Below are positions 17,512 to 27,414 of a DNA stretch of 64,000 nucleotides, piece by piece; the stretch's first letter is position 1, and the number at the start of each line of letters is the position of its first letter. The DNA lies in the NCBI GenBank assembly GCA_045531965.1, contig JAZSFA010000071.1, positions 2,315 through 66,314 on the forward strand, given 5' to 3'. A program made the translations under genes and the position numbers. The notes under the pieces are model-generated. The model ran no database searches. It worked only from the letters and a program-made list of their open reading frames with translations, and was not told the DNA's origin. This DNA comes from Eubacteriales bacterium (GTDB taxonomy: Bacteria; Bacillota; Clostridia; Oscillospirales; CAG-272).

Positions 17512-19722
17512 ATGAGCTTGTGGATTTGCGCTGACGAAATCTGTCTTGAATCCCGTCTTTATGATTTTTCAAAAACCTTTACGGCTGCCGAAGGCGCGGT
17601 CCTTACCGCCCATGTGTGCGCCGACACCCGTTATCAGTTGTATATCAACGAAAAGATGGTCTGTGAGGGTCCCTGTCAGGGCTCCCAATACGTCCGTTAC
17701 TACGAGACGGTTGATCTAACACCCTATTTGAAAGCAGGAGAAAACACCCTCCGTGCCCGTGTTCTTCATGTGCAGGAAGGCTCCTTTATCTCCTTGTACC
17801 GCGGATCCAAAGCCGCCCTTTGGTTCCACGGCACCCTGACCCAAAACGGTGAGGAAACCCACCTTGGCTCTGACGAGACTTGGTCCTGTGTCCGTGATGA
17901 CAGCGTACGGATGTACCATTGGCCGGGGGTCCATACTTCGGTCGCGCCGTTGGAAGAGGTCTATGGCGATCCTGTTCTTGTGCCTCAGACGGTTAAAGGT
18001 ATGTACGAGCCCTTCCTCAATATGAGCGGCTACCGACATTTCGGTCTCCGTGAAAAGTATCCCATCGCACCTCGCCCCATTCCTCAAATGAAAGAGTTTC
18101 CCCGTAAGCCCATGACCGTTGTCAGACAGGGGAAGGGCTTTGTTGAGCTGGATGCAGGCGCGTACACCACAGCTAAAGTCACCTTGAATTTCAAGGCCAA
18201 AGCCGGGGCGGTTATCCGTGTGATCTATTCTGAATGCTACACGGTAGAAAACGAGGCAGGACAGCGTTACAAAGGGCGCCGTGATGCGTTCGACGATCCC
18301 ACTGCTCGCCTTGACGGAGTGGCTGACACCCTTCACGCTACCGGTATGGATCAGTCCTTCTCTCCTTTCTGGTATCGTTCCTTCCGTTTCATTCGTTTGG
18401 AGTATCCCGCTGACGTTGAATTTGAACTGACGGATATCAACTACGGAACCTACTTCTACCCCCTGGATGAGGCAGGCAGTTTTATCTGCTCTGACGATCG
18501 CTATAACGAGATGTGGAAGATCAGCCGAAACACCGTTCTCTGCTGTATGCACGAGATGTACGTGGACTGCCCCTTCTACGAGCAGCAACAGTATGACATG
18601 GACAGTGCCCTTGAGATGCTGTTCACTTTCCGTCTCGGCTCGGATACTCTTATGCCTTACAAGAGCGTGACGGATTTGGCACATTCCCAGCTCCATGACG
18701 GTATGCTTCAAGCCAACTATCCTTCGGTGGACGTACAGATCATCCCCGATTTCACCTTGTTCTGGGTGCTGATGCTCCGTGATTATCTCCGCTATACGGG
18801 CGAAAAAGACAAGACCAAAATCCTTATGGGAACGGTGGATAAGGCGTTGGAGGGCTTTGCCAATCTGATCAACGCCGACGGTCTCATTGCCCCCACGCCG
18901 TACTGGGCTTTTGTGGACTGGGTTCCTGCTTGGCCCTTTGGCACCCCTCCCGGCGGCAATGAAGAGCCCTTGACGGTGACTTGTCTCATGTACGCCGCCG
19001 CTCTTAAGGCTGCCGCCGAGCTGGCAGAAAAGATGGGCAGAGCCGAGCGTGCTGTTGAATATTCCCGCCGTGCCAACGAAATGATCGACAACGTCAACCG
19101 CCTGTGCTATGACGCGGAGGTTGGTCTTTATAAGAATACGCCTTCCCGTAAGGAATACAGCCAGCACACGACCCTTTGGGCGATCCTTTCCGGCGCTGTC
19201 AGGGGTGAGGCGGCGGGTCAACTGGTGGATCGTACCTTCAACGGAGCGATTCCTGTTTCGGTTTGCACCTTCTCCATGAACCACTATATGTTCCGCGCTT
19301 TGGAGCTGGCTGATCGCTACAACTATGCACCTAAGCTCTTTGCGGGCTGGGAGCACATGCTGGATCTCCACTGCACTACCTGGTGTGAGAATCCCGACAG
19401 CCCCCGCAGCGAGTGCCACGGTTGGAGCTCCGCACCTGCCTATGAGTTCTCGGCGATGGTGCTGGGTGTCTATCCCACCGAGGACGGTTATACCTCGGTG
19501 CGTATCAGACCTCATGTGGAGGATCTGGGATTGACCTTTGCCAAGGGAACGGTTCCTACGCCTTATGGTGTGATCTCCGTGGCTTGGGAAAAGGCTGACG
19601 GTGAACTGAAGGTCAGCGTGAACCTTCCCGAAAATGCACCCATGAAGGCGACCTTGGAGTTGCCCGATGGGCAGGTAACTGCCTTGAGCCAACCCCATAC
19701 CGAGGTTGTTTGTAAGCTTTAA
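17512..19722 (+). CDS. Alpha-L-rhamnosidase (GH78)
   Basis: ADTRYQLYIN N-domain, DCPFYEQ, WCE...SECHGWS, VPTPYG motifs. Confidence 0.9.
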   Translation: MSLWICADEICLESRLYDFSKTFTAAEGAVLTAHVCADTRYQLYINEKMVCEGPCQGSQYVRYYETVDLTPYLKAGENTLRARVLHVQEGSFISLYRGSKAALWFHGTLTQNGEETHLGSDETWSCVRDDSVRMYHWPGVHTSVAPLEEVYGDPVLVPQTVKGMYEPFLNMSGYRHFGLREKYPIAPRPIPQMKEFPRKPMTVVRQGKGFVELDAGAYTTAKVTLNFKAKAGAVIRVIYSECYTVENEAGQRYKGRRDAFDDPTARLDGVADTLHATGMDQSFSPFWYRSFRFIRLEYPADVEFELTDINYGTYFYPLDEAGSFICSDDRYNEMWKISRNTVLCCMHEMYVDCPFYEQQQYDMDSALEMLFTFRLGSDTLMPYKSVTDLAHSQLHDGMLQANYPSVDVQIIPDFTLFWVLMLRDYLRYTGEKDKTKILMGTVDKALEGFANLINADGLIAPTPYWAFVDWVPAWPFGTPPGGNEEPLTVTCLMYAAALKAAAELAEKMGRAERAVEYSRRANEMIDNVNRLCYDAEVGLYKNTPSRKEYSQHTTLWAILSGAVRGEAAGQLVDRTFNGAIPVSVCTFSMNHYMFRALELADRYNYAPKLFAGWEHMLDLHCTTWCENPDSPRSECHGWSSAPAYEFSAMVLGVYPTEDGYTSVRIRPHVEDLGLTFAKGTVPTPYGVISVAWEKADGELKVSVNLPENAPMKATLELPDGQVTALSQPHTEVVCKL

Positions 19723-19726
19723 TCAT

Positions 19727-19767
19727 AAAACTCCCCCTGACAGCGCGAGTCTGTTAGGGGGAGTTTT
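19727..19767. terminator. Bidirectional terminator
   Basis: AAAACTCCCCCTGACAG/CTGTTAGGGGGAGTTTT. Confidence 0.85.
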
Positions 19768-19789
19768 CGGTAGAGGGGGACTGCTGCAT

Positions 19790-20782
19790 TCAATAAATAA
19801 AGCTGATAACCACGCCCAAAAGCCAAAGAAGCACAGCACCTATGGCTTGGGGGGAGGCAAAGGTGTCTCGCAGGGCAAGGTGCCACCGATGGAGAGGCAC
19901 TGTGTTCAGACCGGGCGTTTCCAACGCCGCGGGATCGTCTAACAATCCACGTAGACTGCGTCGTTTCAGGATGCGAGCGACTTCTCCGCAGAAAAAGGCG
20001 GAAGACAGAAGCAGAAGGGCGATCAGCAGGATAACCAGAAGCCCGATGCTGCCCGTGTTACGGCAGTAGCCCGAAAGCCCTGCCTGAACGAAAATGCCAA
20101 ACAGGTTGTACCCCAAATGTACGATCATGGAGGCGATGGTGGATCGGGTCACGTAGCGTACCGCGGCAAGCACCAAACCTGCAAAAAGGTAGACTGGCAA
20201 GGCGGTCAGATCAAAATGAAGAAAGGCAAAAAACAGCGAGGACAGCAGAGAAGCGTAAAGAATACCCCGATTTTCATATTCGGCGCATAGGATGCTGCGG
20301 AACAGAAGCTCCTCACAAAAAGCAGGAAGGATTCCATATGCCAGCACCAAACGAACAGAGGCTTCCGCCGAACCGTCATGAATGGATGAGAAGGTGTCAT
20401 ACAGGGTAAAGGAAGGCTGGGCGTTCATCATGCCGCAGATGAGTGCCAAAAGGGTGCATCCGCAAATGAGCATGAGGATAGCCGATAAAATCAAAAACAA
20501 ATGAGACAGAGCAGGGAGACGTAACGCCAGCTTGCCGGAAAGTGCCTTTCCCCGAAGACGTATGTAAAGATAGGCGGGGATGGGGAAGATCAGCAGTTGG
20601 AGAAGAATGGTGCTGAGATATTGGTTCTCCTCTGTTAGGAAAAACGCGTCCACCAAACGGGAGAGCAGAAGCAGAGCGTACACCGAAAAGATCAGCCATG
20701 CGGCGTGCTTATGCTCTGTCAGATCTCCGCGAAAAAAAGCTTTGAACCCTGTTTTATTCGAGGGTGTCTCGGGGGTTACCAT
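19790..20782 (-). CDS. CPBP (CAAX/Abi) family intramembrane protease
   Basis: EELLFR, FAFLH, HLGYN motifs; multi-TM. Confidence 0.9.
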   Translation of the reverse strand: MVTPETPSNKTGFKAFFRGDLTEHKHAAWLIFSVYALLLLSRLVDAFFLTEENQYLSTILLQLLIFPIPAYLYIRLRGKALSGKLALRLPALSHLFLILSAILMLICGCTLLALICGMMNAQPSFTLYDTFSSIHDGSAEASVRLVLAYGILPAFCEELLFRSILCAEYENRGILYASLLSSLFFAFLHFDLTALPVYLFAGLVLAAVRYVTRSTIASMIVHLGYNLFGIFVQAGLSGYCRNTGSIGLLVILLIALLLLSSAFFCGEVARILKRRSLRGLLDDPAALETPGLNTVPLHRWHLALRDTFASPQAIGAVLLWLLGVVISFIY

Positions 20783-21395
20783 GGGCTTTGGTCAGCCTCC
20801 TTTCATCAAGGATCAAATGTACGGGTATATCGAAGGGACCGTGGGGTAAGTGTTTGGGGTGACAAGCGGCGAAAACCAATCCCACAGTGACAAAAGAAAT
20901 CCCTTCTGCTTTCAAGGATGCTAAAAAACGGTCGTAATAGCCTCCGCCATAGCCGAGGCGGTATCCTTCGTCGTCAAAGGCTAGCCCGGGAACGATGATC
21001 AGGGCATCGCGGAAGTCTTTGGGGGTCAGCACGGGGCAGTTCGGGGGAGGCTCGAGAATACCGTATCTTGCCGGGACAAGAGAGGCGAGAGTGTCATCCG
21101 GCAACCGACGGAAGATCATGCGTCCTTCCTGCTTGTCGGTGACGGTGACCGGCAAGGCGTAGGGCTTTCCCTGCTCAAAGGCCGCTCGGCGAAGGGGAGA
21201 CAGGTCGATCTCCCCACGCGTAGAGGCGTAACTGCAAATCAGGGAAGCGTTTTTCCATTCGGGCAAAGTGCACAAGGCAGAACGAATGGCAGATTCTGCT
21301 TCTGCTCGCACTTGCTGGGACAGCATTCCTCGTAGTTCGGCATACCGACGGCGTAGACTTGCCTTATCGGCGGGCATCTCAGGCACGGATACCAT
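20754..21395 (-). CDS. 5-formyltetrahydrofolate cyclo-ligase
   Basis: VPGLAFD..GYRLGYGGGYYDRFL signature. Confidence 0.95.
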   Translation of the reverse strand: MVSVPEMPADKASLRRRYAELRGMLSQQVRAEAESAIRSALCTLPEWKNASLICSYASTRGEIDLSPLRRAAFEQGKPYALPVTVTDKQEGRMIFRRLPDDTLASLVPARYGILEPPPNCPVLTPKDFRDALIIVPGLAFDDEGYRLGYGGGYYDRFLASLKAEGISFVTVGLVFAACHPKHLPHGPFDIPVHLILDERRLTKAHGNPRDTLE

Positions 21396-21924
21396 CTTTG
21401 ATTTTACCTGCGGTCTCGGGATCTTTCAGCACGCTGACCAACTCCAGACCAAATTCCAAAGCAACACCCATGCCGACAGCGGTAATGATCTTGCCGTCGC
21501 GGATGACCTTGCCGCCAATGTCGATCGCGCCTTTCAGCTCATCTTCAAAACCGGGATAACAAGTGGCTCGTTTGCCTTCCAACAGACCTCTGCGACCAAG
21601 CACCAAAGGGGCGGCACAAATGGCGCACAGGTAAGCATTGGCGGAGAGGGCTGTGCGAAGGGCATTGTCTACCACGGGGGAAGCGTCCAAATGCAAAGAT
21701 CCCGGCATACCGCCCGGAAGAATGACCATGTCGGGGGCGTGATCACGGAGCTCGGTGAAATCAGAGTCGGACATATCGGCGATGACGGTGATGCCGTGCG
21801 CGCCTGTGATTTGCATACCACCGATTCCAACCGTGCGAACATCTACGTTGGCTCGGCGCAGAAGATCCAAGGGACAGAGCGCCTCTACTTCTTCAAAGCC
21901 TTGGGCAAGGAACATATAGACCAT
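21379..21924 (-). CDS. DJ-1/YajL (ThiJ/PfpI) family protein
   Basis: GFEEVE, LPGG, AICAAP, ATCYPG; own TTGCAA-17-TATAAT promoter at 21956-21984. Confidence 0.93.
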   Translation of the reverse strand: MVYMFLAQGFEEVEALCPLDLLRRANVDVRTVGIGGMQITGAHGITVIADMSDSDFTELRDHAPDMVILPGGMPGSLHLDASPVVDNALRTALSANAYLCAICAAPLVLGRRGLLEGKRATCYPGFEDELKGAIDIGGKVIRDGKIITAVGMGVALEFGLELVSVLKDPETAGKIKDGIRA

Positions 21925-22005
21925 AAAAATTTCCTCCAATCGGGTTTTCATGTCTATTATATCATTCTTTGACACGCTTTGCAAGAGCTTTTTAACAGGT
22001 TCTCA

Positions 22006-22404
22006 TCATTTCTTCGGGTTGCGGGCTTTGCGGGTGTCAGTTCCTTGGGTGAAAAGGGTATATATACCTGTAGCAACGAGCATGCCGCCGAAGAGACGGC
22101 GCAAAAGGTCGGCGTTCAGGATATCCGCCAAAAAAACGCCGGGGATCACGCCCACAATAGCAAAGCAGACAAGATAACGGATCATCCACAGGGGAATGCG
22201 TCTGCCCGAGGCATGAAGGCAGAGAGACGCCCCTGCAGAGCAAAGATAAAAAATCAGATTCAGACCCTGCGCCTCGGTTTGCCCCATGCCTGCCAACGCG
22301 GTCAGATACAATACGAACAGCCCCGCACTGCCAAGTCCCATGCCCGAAAGGATACCGATCACCGCTGCCGCCGCGGCGATCACCCACGTAGACTCCCAGC
22401 TCAT
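22006..22404 (-). CDS. Sulfite exporter TauE/SafE family, half-size
   Basis: GILSGMGLGSAG, AQGLNL, LRRLFG. Confidence 0.8.
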   Translation of the reverse strand: MSWESTWVIAAAAAVIGILSGMGLGSAGLFVLYLTALAGMGQTEAQGLNLIFYLCSAGASLCLHASGRRIPLWMIRYLVCFAIVGVIPGVFLADILNADLLRRLFGGMLVATGIYTLFTQGTDTRKARNPKK

Positions 22405-22826
22405 GTCAGCACCATCCGAATCCCCGCCAGCAAAACTAAAACAGCGAAGATCTTACGAAGCGCCCTGCGGGGAATTTTTCGAAGCAACAAGGCGCCGATC
22501 AAGCCTCCCGCGGCGGCGGGGAGGGCTATCCATGCGGCGAGGGACAGCGAGGGTGTCATACCTCGAAGAAAGTACAGGACGGCGGACACGAGCGTAACGG
22601 GAAGCATGACGAACAAGCCTGTCACGAAAACATTTTTGCCGGTGGGCGGCGGGAGAGGAAGCTTTTTCTTTCCTGCGGGAAGCGGAGGCATCAGGGGAAG
22701 CAGGATCACCAAAAGAACCCCACCCGCAGCCCCAAGAAGTCCGTTGAGAAACCCCGCAAACAGTCCGAGCATTGCCCACAAAAAAAGGGGTAGGGCACGA
22801 TAAACGTTTTCTTTTTTGATACGCAT
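22401..22826 (-). CDS. Sulfite exporter TauE/SafE family, half-size
   Basis: GFLNGLLGAAGG, LRKIFA; 4-nt overlap with next gene. Confidence 0.8.
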   Translation of the reverse strand: MRIKKENVYRALPLFLWAMLGLFAGFLNGLLGAAGGVLLVILLPLMPPLPAGKKKLPLPPPTGKNVFVTGLFVMLPVTLVSAVLYFLRGMTPSLSLAAWIALPAAAGGLIGALLLRKIPRRALRKIFAVLVLLAGIRMVLT

Positions 22827-22884
22827 ATTGCTTTGATTCCTTTATGATCGAAACATTTGTGTGGATAATTCTTCTTTTTGCCTA

Positions 22885-22913
22885 TTGCAATTCCGAAAAC
22901 CATATGATATAAT
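22885..22913 (+). promoter_or_regulatory. Sigma-A promoter of ftsK
   Basis: TTGCAA-17 nt-TATAAT with extended TG. Confidence 0.8.
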
Positions 22914-23035
22914 AATATAATAAGCGTTTACAATGGCAAATTGCCGTTCCGGATACAGTCTGCCCGAATGGGTCGCTGTTTATGCGAAACCTTCGGCTCG
23001 TGCATTGCGAGATCAACTAAGGAAAGGAAAAAGAT

Positions 23036-26000
23036 ATGGCAAACGAAAAGAACAAGAAATCGACAAGCACATCATCCTCTGCCAAAAAGGGGACGAGCGC
23101 GCCTGCGAAAAAAGTGAAAACTGCCACTTCCACCAAGAAAACCCAACCTTCAAACAAAGATAAAGATAAGGAGAAGTCTGCACCCCGTCTGACTCGTGAG
23201 GAGCAACTCAAGCTTGCACAGATGCGAGATGATCGTCGCGCGGCGGCTGCGGAAAAGAAAAAGCGTTTTTCGGAACAGTATATGCCCTACGTATTGGGCG
23301 CACTGGGACTTTTGACACTTGTCTTCTTCGCGTCCTTCCTGTTTGGTCGTGACGTTGCCCCGGAGGATTATTGGATGGGGCCTGTGGGATATTGGGTCAG
23401 TTACTTCTTTTATGGTTTGTTTGGATGGCCTGCCCTTTGTATCCCGGTTCTCTTGATCTACCTTACCTTCTTTTGGCGCAAAAATTGCCGTGAAGACACT
23501 GTAGGACTGCGAATCGTTCTGTCTGTAGTGCTCATGGTAATGGTGTCGGGGGTGGTGCACGTGTTTGCATGTGCCGCGGATGAGCAATATGCGGCGATGA
23601 ACATCGGGATGTACTATCAGTCGGGTGCGACGTATGCTTCGGGTGGTGTGATTGGCGGTCTTTTAGGCTTTTTGCTGTTCCACGGCTTGAAGGTGTGGGG
23701 GACGGTGCTGATCTCAGTGCTGTTGTTCCCGCTGCTGATCATGTTCCTGATCGGCGTGACTCCCGCGTACGTGGCGTCTCGTATCAAAGCAAAGGTTGCC
23801 GCGTCCCGTGAAGCCAAAGAAGCGCGCGAGCTGGAAGAAGCCAGAGCGGCGCTGGCACAGGGTGACGAGCCTGTGCCAGCCAAAAAACGGGTGATCAAGG
23901 AAGCGCCCATGCCCGAGGATGCGGGGTCAGAGGACTACGTGCCGCCAAAACCCCGAAAAAGAAGCGCCGAGCCGGTAGCACCCGCTCGAAAAGATGCTGA
24001 CGCAGCCACACCTACTCCTGCGTCCCGCCGTGAAGAGGCACCTGCCGAGCCGCCACGCATTCTTCGCATGAATGCTGAAACGGGGGAAGTGTTGGAGGAT
24101 GCGGAAGAAGTAACGGCTCGCCGTATGCCGTCCAAAAGTAGCGCCGCTGAAGAGGAGGGCGTTTACATCCCTCCTCGCCGTAAGACTTCGGCGGTTTCTT
24201 CGGAAGATATATCCGCACGGGCAACCGCGGCAGACATTTCCCAAGAAGCTTTTACCGAGAATACCGCTCCGCGGGACGATGGTGATACAGAAGTCTCGGA
24301 TGGACAACATTATTCAGCGCCCACCGAAGGGACTGAAAAGGAGGAGGGCGGTGATGGACTGTACATTCCTACGCGCAGAATGTCCAAAGACCATTACGCA
24401 GACCGCCGAAACAACCGTATGAGTCGAAATACTTCCGGGTTTGATGAGCACGACGTGGACGATACCTTCGCCATTGACGATCTTCCGGAAAAAGTAGAAA
24501 CCTTGGAAATTTCTTGGGATGATGATGACGACGCTGAGAGTCCGGACACCTTCGGCTACCAAACGGCAGTCAATGAGGAAAAGCGGGATGTTGCTCGCGA
24601 AGATGCTGAGAAGATCGTGGTCGTAGTCAACCGCCAGGAGACGGCGGCTGTTACCGACACCACTGATCATCACGTGGAGGGATTGCCCGATGAGGAGATC
24701 GTTCTGCCCTCTGCCAAGGGGGAGGAAGTGCAGGAAGATCCTCGGGAATATGCGTTTCCCGCTATGGATCTTTTGATTCAAGGTCCCGCTCGTTATGAGG
24801 CAGACGAAAACGAAATTATTCGCAATACCCAAACACTAAGAAGTGTTTTGGAATCCTTCCACATCCGCGTCAAAGAGATCGCTTGCTCCTGTGGACCTAC
24901 CATTACTCGATATGAGGTCAAGCCCGATACGGGTGTTCGTGTCCGTTCTATTGCCAATCTGGTGGATGATATCGCACTGGGTCTTGCTAAATCGGGCGTC
25001 CGTATTGAGGCCCCCATTCCCGGTAAGGCTGCGGTGGGCATTGAGGTGCCCAACGACAAAGCCGCCAGCGTGGCGTTGCGTAATTTGATCGAAGCACCTG
25101 AGTTTGTCAACAGCAAGAGCCGTTTGACGGCTTGCTTGGGTGCTGACGTGGCGGGACGTCCTGTGATGATGGACATCAACAAAATGCCTCACCTGTTGGT
25201 GGCGGGTACCACCGGCTCGGGTAAGTCGGTTTGTATCAACTCCATCATTATGAGTATCCTCTACAAAGCGAAACCCGAAGAGGTCAAGCTGATTCTGATC
25301 GACCCCAAGAAGGTGGAATTTGCGGTCTACCGTGATTTACCGCATCTTTACTGTCCTCTGATCAGCGATCCCAAAAAGGCGGCAGGTGCCCTTAACTCCG
25401 CGGTGGTGGAGATGGAGCGCCGCTTTGAGCTGATTGAGGAAGTGGGCGTCCGCAACCTGGCAGGTTATAACGAACTGACCGCGGGAGACCCCGAGCGTCC
25501 TCCTCTGCCTCAAATGGTCATCATCATCGATGAACTGGCAGACCTGATGATGACGGCGTCCAACGAAGTGGAGACGGCGATCTGCCGTTTGGCACAGAAG
25601 GCAAGAGCTGCGGGTATCCACTTGATCCTGGGTACGCAGAGACCCTCTGTGGACGTTATCACGGGTCTGATCAAAGCCAACATTCCCTCCCGTATTGCCT
25701 TTACCGTGGCATCTGCGGTTGACTCCCGTACCATCATTGACATGGTGGGCGCCGAGAAGCTCATTGGCCGCGGTGATATGCTGTATTCCCCTGTCGGTTC
25801 TACAAAGCCCATGCGCGTGCAGGGTGCTTTCGTCAGTGACGGAGAAGTAGAGCGGGTGGTTACTTTCCTCCGTGAGCATAATGCCAAAACGGAATACGAC
25901 GAGTCCTTCATGCACCAGATTGAGGTGGAAGCTGCCAAGTGCGGGCAGGGCAAGAAGAAGGGCGGCGATGTGGGCAACATCGAGGACTTCAGCGCTCTCG

Positions 26001-26254
26001 GCGGTGACGACGAGGACGGCAAGTTCTGGGCGGCAGTGGAAGTGGCTGTGGATTCTCAGAAGATTTCCACGTCCCTGCTCCAGCGCCGTTTGAACCTTGG
26101 CTACGGCCGTGCTGCCAAGATCATCGACCGCATGGAAGAAATGGGCTTTGTGGGTCCTGCCGACGGCAACAAGCCCAGAAAGCTGCTCATCACCAAGCAG
26201 GATCTTGCCGAGATCCGCATCAGCGGACGGGCAGACGAGGCGAGCGAAGAGTAA
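23036..26254 (+). CDS. ftsK: DNA translocase FtsK/SpoIIIE
   Basis: N-terminal TMs, acidic linker, PHLLVAGTTGSGKS, IDELADLMM, gamma domain STSLLQRRLNLGYGRA. Confidence 0.97.
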   Translation: MANEKNKKSTSTSSSAKKGTSAPAKKVKTATSTKKTQPSNKDKDKEKSAPRLTREEQLKLAQMRDDRRAAAAEKKKRFSEQYMPYVLGALGLLTLVFFASFLFGRDVAPEDYWMGPVGYWVSYFFYGLFGWPALCIPVLLIYLTFFWRKNCREDTVGLRIVLSVVLMVMVSGVVHVFACAADEQYAAMNIGMYYQSGATYASGGVIGGLLGFLLFHGLKVWGTVLISVLLFPLLIMFLIGVTPAYVASRIKAKVAASREAKEARELEEARAALAQGDEPVPAKKRVIKEAPMPEDAGSEDYVPPKPRKRSAEPVAPARKDADAATPTPASRREEAPAEPPRILRMNAETGEVLEDAEEVTARRMPSKSSAAEEEGVYIPPRRKTSAVSSEDISARATAADISQEAFTENTAPRDDGDTEVSDGQHYSAPTEGTEKEEGGDGLYIPTRRMSKDHYADRRNNRMSRNTSGFDEHDVDDTFAIDDLPEKVETLEISWDDDDDAESPDTFGYQTAVNEEKRDVAREDAEKIVVVVNRQETAAVTDTTDHHVEGLPDEEIVLPSAKGEEVQEDPREYAFPAMDLLIQGPARYEADENEIIRNTQTLRSVLESFHIRVKEIACSCGPTITRYEVKPDTGVRVRSIANLVDDIALGLAKSGVRIEAPIPGKAAVGIEVPNDKAASVALRNLIEAPEFVNSKSRLTACLGADVAGRPVMMDINKMPHLLVAGTTGSGKSVCINSIIMSILYKAKPEEVKLILIDPKKVEFAVYRDLPHLYCPLISDPKKAAGALNSAVVEMERRFELIEEVGVRNLAGYNELTAGDPERPPLPQMVIIIDELADLMMTASNEVETAICRLAQKARAAGIHLILGTQRPSVDVITGLIKANIPSRIAFTVASAVDSRTIIDMVGAEKLIGRGDMLYSPVGSTKPMRVQGAFVSDGEVERVVTFLREHNAKTEYDESFMHQIEVEAAKCGQGKKKGGDVGNIEDFSALGGDDEDGKFWAAVEVAVDSQKISTSLLQRRLNLGYGRAAKIIDRMEEMGFVGPADGNKPRKLLITKQDLAEIRISGRADEASEE

Positions 26255-26265
26255 GTTTCCCCCAT

Positions 26266-26311
26266 AAACATAGACGCGGAGAGGTGAATTGCCTCTCCGC
26301 GTTTGTGTTTT
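26266..26311 (+). terminator. Terminator after ftsK
   Basis: GACGCGGAGAGG/CCTCTCCGCGTT stem plus T-rich tail. Confidence 0.85.
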
Positions 26312-26375
26312 GCCTAAAAAATAGTACCGTTTCATGGTTATAGTGCTGAAATTGAAAACAAACAAAAGATTTCGC

Positions 26376-26404
26376 TTGACAGTCCGATGACCGTGTGATA
26401 TAAT
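26376..26404 (+). promoter_or_regulatory. Sigma-A promoter of the moxR operon
   Basis: TTGACA-17 nt-TATAAT with extended TG. Confidence 0.85.
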
Positions 26405-26450
26405 AAAATCATAGTAAATGGCGTAAGTGTACGCCTCAAGGAGGTATATC

Positions 26451-27404
26451 ATGAACACCCCCCATAAGACCCAAACCCTCACCCAAAAACTGACCGATAA
26501 TATCAGCCGTGTTTTATATGGCAAAGAAGCGGTTATCAAAACATTTCTCTGTGCCTTTTTCAGCGGCGGTCACGTTCTCTTGGAGGACGTTCCGGGTACG
26601 GGTAAGACCAGCCTGGTACGCGCCCTGGCCGATTCCTTCGGCGGTGACTACAAGCGCGTGCAGTTTACCCCTGACCTGCTCCCCTCAGATATCACGGGTA
26701 TCAATTACTACCGTCAGCACACCGGGGAGTTCTCCCTCCGTAAAGGCCCCGTCTTTACCAATCTGTTTTTGGCGGACGAGATCAACCGCGCCACCCCCCG
26801 TACCCAATCCGCGCTGCTTGAGTGTATGGAGGAGCGGCAGGTGACCATCGATGGAGAGACTCTGCCCCTTTCGGATGTTTTTATGGTTATGGCGACCATG
26901 AATCCCTTGGAGTTTCAAGGCACATTCCCCCTACCCGAGGCGCAGGTGGACAGATTCATGATGAAGCTGCATCTGGGCTATCCCGATCTGGCGGGGGAGA
27001 CCCGCATCGTGGATAAGATCTGTACCGGCAACAAAGGAGATGCGGTTGAAACCGTTGCTAACATAGAGGACGTCCGTGCCGCGCGCGCTGAAATAGAGCA
27101 GGTACATATCAGTCCCGCCGTGGCAGACTACATGGTGCGCCTGATCCGTGCCACCCGAGAACATGAGAAGATCAAATTGGGCGTCAGCCCCCGCGGCGTG
27201 GTGGCTATGACCCGTGCCGTCCGTGCCTTTGCGGCTATGGAGGGGCGTGATCACGTTCTGCCCGATGATGTCAAAGCATTGGCGATTCCCGTATTGTCCC
27301 ATCGAATCATCACCCGCACCGGCAGCAGCCTCCAGCTCTCTCAGTCCGGCGAGGCATTGATCGAATATATGCTGACCAAGGTGCCTGTCGTCCTCGAAAA
27401 GTGA
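26451..27404 (+). CDS. MoxR-family AAA+ ATPase
   Basis: EDVPGTGKT, QFTPDLLPSD, DEINRA, LPEAQ.DRF. Confidence 0.95.
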   Translation: MNTPHKTQTLTQKLTDNISRVLYGKEAVIKTFLCAFFSGGHVLLEDVPGTGKTSLVRALADSFGGDYKRVQFTPDLLPSDITGINYYRQHTGEFSLRKGPVFTNLFLADEINRATPRTQSALLECMEERQVTIDGETLPLSDVFMVMATMNPLEFQGTFPLPEAQVDRFMMKLHLGYPDLAGETRIVDKICTGNKGDAVETVANIEDVRAARAEIEQVHISPAVADYMVRLIRATREHEKIKLGVSPRGVVAMTRAVRAFAAMEGRDHVLPDDVKALAIPVLSHRIITRTGSSLQLSQSGEALIEYMLTKVPVVLEK

Positions 27405-27414
27405 GGAGGAGGGT

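Noticed and set aside
22006..22826. Frameshifted TauE pseudogene
   Set aside because: The two halves overlap by ATGA and each starts with its own Gly-rich motif, consistent with a natural split pair.
23850..24750. Long acidic, Pro-rich region in FtsK
   Set aside because: Variable linkers are normal for FtsK.
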